From NCBI RefSeq assembly GCF_963506605.1, contig NC_083279.1, positions 101,308,001 to 101,372,000 of the forward strand: a stretch of DNA of 64,000 nt. Direction: 5' to 3'. A program made the position numbers and the translations under genes. Positions 25,430-36,445 of this stretch are shown piece after piece (position 1 is the first letter of the stretch; each line of letters begins with the position of its first letter). Origin of the DNA: Zootoca vivipara (taxonomy: Eukaryota). Under the pieces are notes generated by a model that saw nothing but the letters and a program-made list of their open reading frames with translations, ran no database searches and was not told the origin of the DNA.

Positions 25430-25523
25430 CAAAATAAAAAAATTCTTTCAGTAGCACCTTAAAGACCAACTAAGTTTTTATTTTGGTATGAGCTTTCGTG
25501 TGCATGCACACTTCTTCAGATAC
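25430..25523. mobile_element. Penelope-like element terminal fragment
   Basis: cagtagcaccttaaagaccaactaag...gagctttcgtgtgcatgcacacttcttcag; related fragment at about 53012-53085. Confidence 0.65.
25486..25523 (-). ncRNA. Minimal type I hammerhead ribozyme motif (Penelope type)
   Basis: Minus strand reads GUAU-CUGAAGA-A-GUGUG-CAUG-CACAC-GAAA-GCUC-AUAC: stem I GUAU/AUAC, both core boxes, stem II, palindromic AGCU in place of stem III. Confidence 0.65.
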
Positions 25524-26186
25524 TTCTTCTTGGATGTTAGGGGTTAGCTTTCTGCCAGCCGCTTTGGGCACAACTCACCATGGGAAAGCGGCATGCAAGT
25601 AAAATCAAGCAATCCAACAAGCCTAGCAGAGGTTGCCTGGCCTAATAAGCAAATTCCCAAGAACAGAAGAGGAGCGCTGCTCTTCTCACAGTGTTCTCAA
25701 AGCGTCCTGTTCTCACGGCGACCACCCAGAGCCCCGTGGAAAACCTGCAAGCAAAACTCCAGCACAGGAGCAGCAACGCTCTCCTCTCCTGTGGCTTCCA
25801 GCAACTGGGATCCAGAAACATTGCTGCCCTCAAAGGTGGAGGACAGAGTACAGCCATCTTGGCTGCTCACCACTGAGAGCCCTCAACTCCTCCACAAATT
25901 CATCTAATCCTCTTTTCAAGCCATCCATGTTGGTGGCCGTCACTGCCTCCTGTGGCAGGGAGTTCCACAGTTTAAATCTGTGCTGTGTGAAGAAGGACTT
26001 TCTTTTCTCTGTCCTGAATCTTCCAGCGTCCAGGTCGTTGGATGTCTTTGAATTGAGCAACTTAAAGGCGCTCCCCCACCCCACCCTGCATCACCCCAGT
26101 TAAGTGCACCACTGCACTCCCCTTTATTGGGGAGGGGGGCACCCATGGAGGCCTTGCCCACCGGGGCCTCCCCTCCCAGTTCTCTG

Positions 26187-26206
26187 TGAGGTCAGCGGTG
26201 ACCTCA
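26187..26206 (+). promoter_or_regulatory. Paired CRE-like octamers upstream of ubiquilin-like C
   Basis: TGAGGTCA-gcgg-TGACCTCA within the palindrome ctgtgaggtca..tgacctcacag. Confidence 0.55.
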
Positions 26207-26532
26207 CAGTCCCGGCAGCTTCACAGAAAGGCCAGGTCCTCTGGCAGCAGCAGAGGGGAGAAGAGGAAAATGAAGGTGCCTGCCAGGTTGTGAGCAAGCG
26301 GAAGAAGAAGGCAACATCTCGCTGTTATGTGCGCTCTGGCCTTGGCTAGTGTTGAGACAAAGGGGGGCAGCAGCAGACCACTGGCCCCTTCCCACCTCTC
26401 GCATCCCCTACGGGAACAAGTGGCGGCAGCAGCGGCGGCAGCAGCAGCAGCAGCAGCATCGCCGCCACACCGGAAGGAAAGGAAGACGCCCCTCTTTGCT
26501 CCTTCTTCCTGAACCTCTGCTCCTCAGCAGCC

Positions 26533-28377
26533 ATGTCGGAGAGCAAGAAGCCCCACGGGGCTGCCGCCGGCACCCGTGTCATCAAGGTGACCGTCAAGAC
26601 CCTCAAGCGCAAGGAGCACTTTGAGGTGGCTGAGAGCACCCTTGTGCAGGACTTCAAAAAGCTCATCTCTGAGCGCTTCAAGATGCCCCTGGAGCAGCTG
26701 TCGCTCATCTTTGCTGGCGAGATCCTCAAGGACCAGGACACTCTGGCACAGCACAAGATTGTCAGTGGGTCCAAGGTGCACCTCTTCATCAAGTCGCAGA
26801 GGAGGCTGCCGGGGAACCCCGTGCCCTCCCCGGGAAACACCGGCCCCGCTGCCTTCCTGGCCGTGCCACCCGCAAGCATGCTGCTCTCCAGCGAGGCCTC
26901 CTCGGAGCATAGCCTTGAGCTGTCCGAGTGGAACAACCAGCCGGAAGAGCTGATGGCTTCCTGCCACAAGCTGGTGGCGCAGACCATGGAGAACCTCTTG
27001 CTTCAGATGGTCACTCTGAACCTGGATGCCTCCACCTTGAACAACAACCCGCTTCTCTTGGGCTTCCTTGTTGGCATCACTGGCATGAACGTTCTGGGCC
27101 TGAGCTCCATGGACGTCTCTGACATTGTGGGTGAGGCCCATGAACAGGACATGACCCGCCAGGAGCTCATCAGCGAGGTGATGCAGCACCCTTTTGTGCA
27201 GAACCTCTTTGGCGACACAGAGCAGGTCAGGCAGATGATCATGTCCGTCCCGCAGGTGCAGCAGCTGGCCGAGCAGAACCCCGAGATCAACCACATCCTC
27301 AACAACTCCGAGTTCCTGCGGGAGATGATCGACGTGGCCACCAGCCCGGCGGTGATGGACGAGATCATCAGGAACCACGACCGAGCCCTCAGCAACCTCG
27401 AAAGCATCCCAGGTGGGTACAGTGCTTTGCAGCAGCTCTACAATGACATAGAGGCCCCCATGCTGAACGCGGTCCAAGCCCAGTTCCAGGGCAACACGTT
27501 TGCCCCGTCAGAGAACAAGCCCCCTTCTGGGGGGATCAGCCCTCTGGCCCGGACAGAAAACAGGGAGCCCCTGCCAAACCCCTGGGCTCCTCAGTCCAAC
27601 AACAGTGGCGGCGACAATTTCTGCAACGGTGACCTCAATGGTACCAATAACGATGCTGGTCAGGGCTACATCCTGCTTGCTTTAGGCCCTGGAGTCCAGC
27701 CTGGGCTGAGCAAGTCCGAAAGCATCCAGAACATGGTTCACCAACTCACGGAGAACCTGGAGTTCATGCAGAACATGTCCAATGCCCTCTCGAAGCCCGA
27801 TGGGCCTACTCAGTTATTCCTCAGCCATTGCAACTCCCCCGAGAGTAACGATGCTTCTCTGCCTCAAGGGTGGGTGCAGCAGCTCCCTGCCAAACTGGAG
27901 AGGTCAGAGGCGGCTGCCCTGCTGACCAACCCCAGAGCGGTCCAGGCTCTCCTCCAGCTGCAGATGAGCCTGCTGACCCTGACCAGAGAAGTGCCTGACT
28001 TCCTCCAAGCCTTGACGGACCCGGACGTTGAGCCCGAGAGCATGGAAGACTCCGATGAGGGAGAGAGCCCGTCCTCGGAAGCAGGGAGCCTCATCTCCGC
28101 TGATGAAAGCCTGGAGTTGGAAAGCAGCGAATCCAAAGCAGAAGAGAGAAGACGGGGAAGAAGAAGAAGAAGAGGAGGAAGAGAGGAGGAGGAGGAGGAG
28201 GAAGATGAAGACGAAGAAATGGATCAGCAAGCTCCAGTGGTCCTCTATCAGATGCAGCTGCAGCAGCTCCAAATGATGGGCTTCCAGAACCAGGAACTGA
28301 ACCTGCAAGCTTTAATTGACACAGATGGAGATATTGGTGCAGCGGTTGAAAAGCTTACGAACTCTCGTGCATCCTAG
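26533..28377 (+). CDS. Intronless ubiquilin-like protein C (614 aa; UBL-STI1-UBA; UBQLN3-like by position)
   Basis: UBL IKVTVKT...[17 protein letters not shown]; [24 protein letters not shown]; [12 protein letters not shown]; [37 protein letters not shown]; gccATG start; ATTAAA at about 28550. Confidence 0.95.
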   Translation: MSESKKPHGAAAGTRVIKVTVKTLKRKEHFEVAESTLVQDFKKLISERFKMPLEQLSLIFAGEILKDQDTLAQHKIVSGSKVHLFIKSQRRLPGNPVPSPGNTGPAAFLAVPPASMLLSSEASSEHSLELSEWNNQPEELMASCHKLVAQTMENLLLQMVTLNLDASTLNNNPLLLGFLVGITGMNVLGLSSMDVSDIVGEAHEQDMTRQELISEVMQHPFVQNLFGDTEQVRQMIMSVPQVQQLAEQNPEINHILNNSEFLREMIDVATSPAVMDEIIRNHDRALSNLESIPGGYSALQQLYNDIEAPMLNAVQAQFQGNTFAPSENKPPSGGISPLARTENREPLPNPWAPQSNNSGGDNFCNGDLNGTNNDAGQGYILLALGPGVQPGLSKSESIQNMVHQLTENLEFMQNMSNALSKPDGPTQLFLSHCNSPESNDASLPQGWVQQLPAKLERSEAAALLTNPRAVQALLQLQMSLLTLTREVPDFLQALTDPDVEPESMEDSDEGESPSSEAGSLISADESLELESSESKAEERRRGRRRRRGGREEEEEEEDEDEEMDQQAPVVLYQMQLQQLQMMGFQNQELNLQALIDTDGDIGAAVEKLTNSRAS

Positions 28378-28685
28378 CAACAGATTTACCTTTGCCTCTT
28401 GTAGGGTCACCTGACACACTAAAGTCAGCATGGTGGATATTACAATGGCCTCGCTTCAGTGCTCCTTTACTCAGGCTGGGTTTGCTTAGGGGTGAGGGGG
28501 CTCTGCTTCTAAGAGTCGGGGAAGGAAGAACCAGCGGGGGATGCCTTACATTAAAAAACCATCCGCAGCAGATGCCTGAAAGCCACCGAGGAAGTAGGTG
28601 TCTGTTGCATCATCACCTTCGGGGCCCCTTCTGGCTCCCTCGGCCTTAGGGGGATCCACCCGAGCTGTGCAGAGAGCCCTTAGCC

Positions 28686-28821
28686 CAGGCATCCCCAAAC
28701 TGTGGCCCTCCAGATGTTTTGGCCTACAACTCCCATGATCCCTAGCTAACAGGACCAATGGTCAGGGATGATGGGGATTGTAGTCCAAAACATCTGGAGG
28801 GCCGAAGTTTGGGGATGCCTG
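28686..28821. mobile_element. hAT MITE (136 bp)
   Basis: TIR caggcatccccaaact; 8-bp TSD CCTTAGCC. Confidence 0.9.
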
Positions 28822-30262
28822 CCTTAGCCCCTCTTGGCCTCCTGCTGGCCTCCTGGAACTTGGTGGACAGTGCTAGAGGGGATTGGGGCACAGGCTCTGC
28901 TTGACCCAGGATGTCCTCCAGCACTTTGGGACTCCAACTGGGAAGCTGTGGTGCTGGTCTCAGCCGGAGCTCTGGAGCTGCCCCTGGCCGCCTCTTTCTC
29001 TCTCCTTCTGCTTGGCTTATTTCTTTCTGGAACAGAGCACTAAGCTACCCAGGGCCAAGAGTTTCAGTGGGCCTAGTGGGCAAGGGCTTCAGTTCCTCTT
29101 GCCCACATCCCTTTGGGGGGCTGTGTGGCTGGACACACAAAGCTGCTGCAGTGAGCAGCTTAGCTCCCTCAGCTGTCTTAGTTTGCTGGTGCCTTTTCCA
29201 CGCTGCAAAACTCCCTGCTTGTGCAGACCCTCTGCGGGGGCTCAGGACTGGGTGGGGAGCTCAGCGCCAACCAGGGTCTGGGCTTTGAACATCTTCCCAT
29301 GAAAGGGGGGTGGGGTGGGCATATCCTTTGGGCAAGTCCCGCTCATGTTGGCATCTCTGCACAGAAAGAAAAGCCCCCAACGATTCACAAAAAGGGGTCT
29401 GGGCCCCCAGCTGGGCTCCTGTGATGCTCCATCCAAGGCAGAACCAGCCGATCCATGTAACATATGCTTGAAGGAGGCTTTTGATAAACTGGAGTGGCCT
29501 TTGCTGTGAGCGCCACTGCTTTCTCTTGCAGCGGACAATTCCTGGGTATCAGATTGGGCTTCTTAATCTGTTTTTTCGCTTTGGACTGTAGGCAGTCATG
29601 TGGCGTCAATCCTCAAGTTGCATGACAGGTCAGAGCGTGCGTGTCACAGGCAGTCAGGTGGTGCTTATTTCCCACAGGTGGGTGAGAAAAGGATGCTGGA
29701 CCAGATGAGTTATTGGCCTGATCCAACACAACTCTGTAGCTCAGTGGTAGAACATCTGCCCCACGTTCCATGCCCGGCCCCTTTGGGTAGGCTTGGGAGA
29801 GACTCCTGTATGAAATTGGAGAGAGTCGCTGCCAGTCGGCGTAGACAATAATGAGCTAGAGGGACCCACTGGTCTGGCTCAGTATAAAGTAACTTCCTAT
29901 ATCCCTATGGATCAGGTCAGTGGCCCATCTAGTCCAGCATCCTGTTCTCACAGTGGCCAGCCAGATACCTGCAAGAAACCCACAAGCAGGAGCCGACCAC
30001 GAGAGCCCTCTCCCTGCCTGGGGTTTCCAGCAACTGGCATTCAGAAGCATTGTTGCCTCCAACTCACAGCCACTGACAGCCATCTGCTCCAGGAATTTGA
30101 CTAACCCTCTTTTAAAGCAACTACTGTAGGTTGGTGCCCATCTTCCCTGTTTAGGGAAGCTTTTAATGTTTAATGGATTTCTGTATTTTAGAATTTGTTT
30201 TTTTGGAAGCCGCCCAGAGTGGCTGGGGGAACCCGGCCAGATGGGCGGGGTATAAATAATAA

Positions 30263-30312
<50 letters not shown>

Positions 30313-31012
30313 CTCTGCCTCCTGCGGCAGCAAGTTCCATAGTTCAGCATGAAGAAGAACTTTCTTTTGTCCTGAATCTCCCAGCATCCCACTTTATTGG
30401 ATGTGCAGGTTTGCTATGTTATGCAGCTGTCTGATACCCTGATGCCTATACCCTGATGCCTCCCAACTGCAGCCACTCTGGCGTCACGACCATTGCTCTG
30501 CAGTTCATCCTGGGCAACGGTGGCTCTCACACACATGCCTGGTGGGGTGGTCCTATCCCTGCTTGCCTGCGGACAGCCCCTCCACCCTGAAACAGCTGCT
30601 TCCCAGAAACAGCAGCCTACATAACAAAGATACGAACATGGGGGGGGGGACAGACCCAGCAACAAGCCCAGGTGCCAACATGGTCGCCATATCCACTTAG
30701 GCAGGCAAAGGCGATGCTTTTACAAGAGCATTTAGAACGGCAGAGTTGCAAGGGACCCCAAGGTTCATCTAGTCCAGCCCCCTGCAATTCCAGGGCCAGG
30801 GATGCACCTGCAAACAGCAGCCTCCTTCATTCTACATAGAGCAAACAGGCCAGTCCCTGCCCTAAAAAACAAATGCACCCCAAACTTCATAGGAGGTATC
30901 GATCTGTTCATTTCATAAAATCTACACACCACTTGATTGTAATAAAACAAACCCCAAACTGGTTTACAAAAGATAAAACAATAAAATCAAGCAAAAATTA
31001 CAACCCTAACAC

Positions 31013-32197
31013 TTTGTTTGTTTGTTTAGTCGCTTAGTCGTGTCCGATTCTTCATGACCCCATGGACCAGAGCACGCCAGGCACTTTGGTCAGACTCATG
31101 TTTGTAGCTTCGAGAACACTGTCCAACCATCTCGTCCTCTGTCATCCCCTTGTCCTAGTGCCCTCCATCTTTCCCAACATCAGGGTCTTTTCCAGGGAGT
31201 CTTCTCTTCTCATGAGGTGGCCAAAGTATTGGAGCCTCAGCTTCAGGATCTGTCTTTCCAGTGAGCACTCAGGGCTGATTTCCTTCAGAATGGATAGGTT
31301 TGATCTTCCTGCAGTCCATGGGACTCTCAAGAGTCTCCTCCAACACCATAATTCAAAAGCATCCATTATTCGGTGATCAGCCTTCTTTATGGTCCAGCTC
31401 CCATACATCACTACTGGGAAAACCATAGCTTTAACTACACGGACCTTTGTCGGCAAGGTGATGTCTCTGCCTTTTAAGATGCTGTCTAGGTTTGTCATTG
31501 CTTTTCTCCCAAGAAGCAGGCCTCTTTTAATTTCGTGACTGCTGTCACCATCTGCAGTGATCATGGAACCCAAGAAAGTAAAATCTCTCACTGCCTCCAT
31601 TTCTTCCCCTTCTATTTGCCAGGAGGTGATGGGACCAGTGGCCATGATCTTGGTTTTTGTTTTTTGTTTTGGTTGAGCTTCAGACCATATTTTGCGGTCT
31701 TCCCTTTCACCTTCATTAAAAGGTTCTTTATTTCCTCCTCACTTTCTGCCATCAAGGTTGTGTCATCAACATATCTGAGGTTGTTGATATTTCTTCCGGC
31801 AATCTTAATTCCGGTTTGGGATTCATTCAGTCCAGCCTTTTGCATGATGAATTCCTCATATAAGTTAAATAAGCAGGGAGACAATATACAGCCTTGTCGT
31901 ACTCCTTTCACAATTTTGAACCAATCAGTTGTTCCATATCCAGTTTAAGAACTTGCCATAGTTTGCTGTGGTCGACACAGTCAAAGGCTTTTGCCTAGTC
32001 AATGAAGCAGAAGTAGACGTTTTTCTGGAACTCTCTAGCTTTCTCCATAATCCAGCGCATGTTTGCTATTTGGTCTCTGGTTCCTCTGCCCTTTCGAAAT
32101 CCAGCTTGCACTTCTGGGAGTTCTCGGTCCACATACTGCCTAAGCCTGCCTTGTAGAATTTTAAGCATAACCTTGCTAGCGTGTGAAATGAGTGCAA
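31013..32197 (-). mobile_element. BovB (RTE clade) LINE 3' fragment, frameshifted RT
   Basis: Translates GVRQGCILSPCLFNLY, INNLRYVDDTTLMAES, DAFELWCWRRLLRVPW; short-repeat tail. Confidence 0.93.
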
Positions 32198-32521
32198 GGC
32201 TGTGATCCATGAAGGGGAACCTTAACATACAAAAGTTAAAACACTAAAAGAGATTAGAATCGCCTCAGTTTTCTAAACATCTGTGTTGGCTTATCTAAAA
32301 TTGGAATTATTTTTTAGCAGTCACTGAGAAGAGCACAGAGAAGGCCCCTGCTTCATCTCAATAGGCAGGGAGTTCCAAAGCGTAAGCGCTGCCACACTGA
32401 AGGATTCAGCTCCTACAAATGCAGAACAGGTTTTGTGAGGCACCTGTAGTGGTGTCAATTCCACCAAGGCAAACTCGTAGATAAGCTGGTCCCAAGTTTA
32501 AAGAGGCTTAAAGAGAGAATA

Positions 32522-33514
32522 ATAGAATCATAGAGTTGGAAGAGACCACAAGGGCCATCCAGTCCAACCCCCTGCCAAGCAGGAAACACCATCAAAGCAT
32601 TCTTGACATATGCCTCTGCTTAAAGACCTCCAAAGAAGGAGACTCCACCACACTCCTTGGCAGCAAATTCCACTGCCGAACAGCTCTTACTGTCAGGAAG
32701 TTCTTCCTAATGTTTAGGTGGAATCTTCTTTCTTGTAGTTTGAATCCATTGCTCCGTGTCCGCTTCTCTGGAGCAGCAGAAAACAATCTTTCTCCCTCCT
32801 CCATATGACATCCTTTCATATATTTGAACATGGCTATCATATCACCCCTTAACCTTCTCTTCTCCAGGCTAAACATACCCAGCTCCCTAAGCCGTTCCTC
32901 ATAAGGCATTGTTTCCAGGCCTTTGACCATTTTGGTTGCCCTCCTCTGGACACGTTCCAGCTTGTCAGTATCCTTCTTGAACTGTGGTGCCCAGAACTGG
33001 ACACAGTACTCCAGGTGAGGTCTGACCAGAGCAGAATACAGTGGTACTATTACTTCCCTAGATCTAGATGCTATACTCCTATTGATGCAGCCCAGAATTG
33101 CATTGGCTTTTTTAGCTGCTGCATCACACTGTTGACTCATGTCAAGTCTGTGGTCTACCAAGACTCCTAGATCCTTTTCACATGTACTGCTCTCAAGCCA
33201 GGTGTCTCCCATCCTGTATTTTTTTTGCCCAAGTGTAGTACTTTACATTTCTCCTTGTTAGAATTCATCTTGTTTGCTTTGGCCCAGTTGTCTAATCTGT
33301 TTAGGTCATTCTGAAGTGTGATTCTGTCCTCTGGGGTATTAGCCACCCTTCCCCATTTGGTGTCATCTGCAAACTTGCTCAGGATGCCCTCAAGCCCATC
33401 ATCCAAGTCATTGATAAAGATGTTGAATAAGACTGGGCCCAAGACAGAACCCTGTGGCACCCCACTAGTCACTACTCTCCAGGATGAGGAGGAGCCATTG
33501 ATGAGCACCCTTTG
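32522..33514 (-). mobile_element. CR1 LINE, about 1 kb of 3' portion (RT C-terminus)
   Basis: [44 protein letters not shown]. Confidence 0.95.
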
Positions 33515-33966
33515 GCCCAAAAATGGAAACAACAAGTAGTACCAATGAAAGAAGAGGGGCAGATGAAGACGGTGGACTTTGCAGAACTGGTGAAGCTGAC
33601 AGGAAAAATCTGAAACCAGCATGATCAAGTATGGGCAGAGTAATGACTGGAGTAAATTCATACGATATCTGAAAGATCATTGTAAGCAATTAACATCACT
33701 AGCAGGGTTGTCTGAAGACTTGTAATGAGAATTTTCTATCTTTCTCTATTTATTTAAATTTTTGAGATATTCTGTAATGAGTGTAATTAGAATTGGAACA
33801 TGCTTAAATTGCAATGATGAAAAGGTTAATTTTGAAAAGCCATGAGGCGGGCGGGAAGGAATTTGACAGGCTCTAAGAGCCAAGGCGGCATAGTGGATAA
33901 AGATGATGTGAATGTATAATATTAAATGGAAAATAAATAAAAATTATATTAAAAAAGAAAAGAAAA
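33515..33966 (+). mobile_element. Degenerate L1/Tx1-like LINE 3' end
   Basis: A-rich degenerate coding tail ending in AATAAA and an A-rich run; similar relics near 13900-14180 and 50580-51020. Confidence 0.45.
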
Positions 33967-34109
33967 CATCACTTCAAATGTCACCATCCACACCTGCCTC
34001 AGGTGGAGAGAGTCTAGTCCCAGGAGCATCACCTGGGAAGGAAGTACTCATTTGACCTCATTGTTGCTGTTAGTCATTATATGGCCACCCACCAATCAAA
34101 TTCTTGGAC

Positions 34110-34473
34110 CAGCGGTTCCCAAACTTTTTCAGGCCGCCATCCCCTTGGTTCCATAAACTCACCCCCAGTGCCCCCTGCCCTGTAAAAAGCACCATTCAGA
34201 ACAGTGGTTTGCAAGACCCACCAAGGAAGACAATAGCACAATGAAATTCAAGACAGTGACAATTCATTGCACATTTATTCGAAATCCAGTTGATCAACAA
34301 AACTGATGAACTTCCCAATTAGCTAAGCACTGCAGACCCCCTGTTTTTCAAAAGCCAAGCCATGGACCCCCTACTTTTGAAAATGTTCACATCTCGGTGC
34401 TAGTTTTTGTTATGTGAATGGTGCCACAGACCCTCCTGGGAGGGTTACGTGGACCACCAGTTGGCAACCACTG
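34110..34473. mobile_element. hAT-type MITE
   Basis: TIRs cagcggttcccaa / ttggcaaccactg. Confidence 0.65.
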
Positions 34474-34960
34474 GTCTAGGCAGTTCAGGAAAGAATAGAA
34501 CACCTGGATGAGTGAAAGGTTGACTGCTGCACTGGACCCCAAACCCTTGGCAAGAGGCTCCTGGAGAGAGTGGGGAGGGGAGTTGAAAGGAGACCTAAGC
34601 AGGATGACAGCGAAGGAAGGCAGGCAGGCTTCACCTAACTGGAACCGATAGGAACTAGAAATGCAAGTAGGCAATCATGCATATAAGCGGCATATAAATA
34701 AAATGATTGTAAATATAATTAATGATGATGCAAAGCAATGTGGGGTTCCCCCCCTTCTCTTTTGACAAGCAGCCTTGATCATTTGTTCCCATGTGGAAGA
34801 ATACAGGACTCAGAGCATCATGCAGACTGCCCCCCCCAAAAAAACACCCCTACAACAATAAATGAAAATACATGTGTGCATTGATTTGCAAAACAAAATG
34901 ACTTATGTCAGTGGGTGTACAGTCCAATGGAGTCCATGGTCATTTCTTAATAAGCATAGC

Positions 34961-35106
34961 CAGTGCTTTTTTTCTGGGGGGACGCAGGGGGGCGCATACC
35001 CCTAAACATTTTGTGAATCTAAGTTTGGCCTTATTAAGGGGCAGTATTTCAACATGAGTAGGAAAATGAGAGTACCCCTAAACATGTTTTTAGGGGGAAA
35101 GCACTG
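34961..35106. mobile_element. hAT MITE
   Basis: TIR cagtgcttt; 8-bp TSD AGCATAGC; relative at about 20156-20361. Confidence 0.85.
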
Positions 35107-35500
35107 AGCATAGCCAAATGCTGTCTCTCAGGTACATTAAACAGTCGCTAAACACCCACAGATTTTTCTCTATGAACTGGGGCTGTCCTTTCTGGTCTCG
35201 AACTACTCCACCCCCAACTAGGGCTGGAGCACATGAACGAACTTGCCACATGGATCAGTCCCACCAGGCAAAGGTGAGTGCAAAGTGGATGACGAGATTC
35301 TCTCCATGCTTCTGTGGTCAATGACAAGATGGGTGAGCAAGGAAGGGAAGGGAAGGGAAGGGAAGGGAAGGGAAGGGAAGGGAAGGGAAGGGAAGGGAAG
35401 GGAAGGGAAGGGAAGGGGGAAGCCTGTTTACCACCTTGAGCTCCTTGGTGAAAAAGCTGGGCTGTCACTGCCTCATGGTTCAGGTCGCTGCCATTCCATG

Positions 35501-36445
35501 TCAGAACTTCCTCCGGTGGAAAGCCTTTCCAAATGCCTTGAGGATCTCCTTGGTCTTGATGCTGTAGATGATGGGGTTCAGCAGCGGAGGGACCAGGAGA
35601 TAGACGTTGGCCATCAGGGAGTGAACCAGAGGGGGAGCATTCCTGCCAAACCGGTACACCATAGACAGGCCGATCATTGGGGTGTAATAGATCACGACGG
35701 CACAGATGTGGGAGACGCAGGTGTTCAGGGCCTTGAGGCGCCCTTCCTTGGAGGCCATGCTCAGCACGGTCTTGAGGATCATCGTGTAGGACAGGACAAT
35801 GAACAGGGAATCGAGGCCGAATGTACAGAGCAAAACAAAGAGCCCATAGAGGCTGTTGACGGTGGTGTCTGCACAAGGGAGCCGGATTAAATTGGGGTGC
35901 AGACAGTAAGGATGAGCAAGCACATTGGACCTGCAAAACGGCAGCCTCCTCAGGAGAAGAGGCAGCGGGGCCAGCAGGATAATGCTCTTTGCGGCAATCC
36001 CTGAGCCTATCATGGCAATCCTGAAGTTGGTCAGGATGGTGGTGTATTGCAGAGGGTTGTAAATGGCTATGAAGCGGTCCAGGGCCATCGCCCAGAGGAC
36101 CCCTGAGTCCATGATGGAGAAGCAGTGGATGAAGAACATCTGGCTGAGGCACGCATCCAGCCCAATCTCCCTGGAATCAAACAGGAGGACTCTCAGCACT
36201 GTGGGGAGGGTAGACAGGGAGACCCCCAGCTCACTCACAGCCAGCATGCAGAGGAAGAGGTACATGGGCTTGTGGAGGCTCCGATCCTTCACAATCACTA
36301 GGAATACAGCACTATTCCCCAAGACAGCAACCGCGTAGGCAAAGCAGAAAGGGATGGAGACCCCGATATTTCCGGCCTGCAGTTCTGGGATGCCCGTGAG
36401 GAGGAACGTAGAATGGAGGGAGCTTTGGTTACTGAGCAGCTCCAT
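35501..36445 (-). CDS. Class I olfactory receptor, OR51 family (314 aa)
   Basis: LHKPMYLFLCML, MALDRFIAIYNPLQY, HPYCLHP, KALNTCVSHICAV, PPLLNPIIYSIKTKEI. Confidence 0.95.
   Translation of the reverse strand: MELLSNQSSLHSTFLLTGIPELQAGNIGVSIPFCFAYAVAVLGNSAVFLVIVKDRSLHKPMYLFLCMLAVSELGVSLSTLPTVLRVLLFDSREIGLDACLSQMFFIHCFSIMDSGVLWAMALDRFIAIYNPLQYTTILTNFRIAMIGSGIAAKSIILLAPLPLLLRRLPFCRSNVLAHPYCLHPNLIRLPCADTTVNSLYGLFVLLCTFGLDSLFIVLSYTMILKTVLSMASKEGRLKALNTCVSHICAVVIYYTPMIGLSMVYRFGRNAPPLVHSLMANVYLLVPPLLNPIIYSIKTKEILKAFGKAFHRRKF

Noticed and set aside
26524-27477. Long antisense or alternate-frame ORFs over ubiquilin and OR genes (also 35148-36152, 55068-55745)
   Set aside because: Shadow frames of GC3-rich coding sequence with no recognisable motifs.
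29735-29860. tRNA-like A-box tgtagctcagtggtaga (also about 6795 and 58230)
   Set aside because: Degenerate heads of tRNA-derived SINEs; no cloverleaf.
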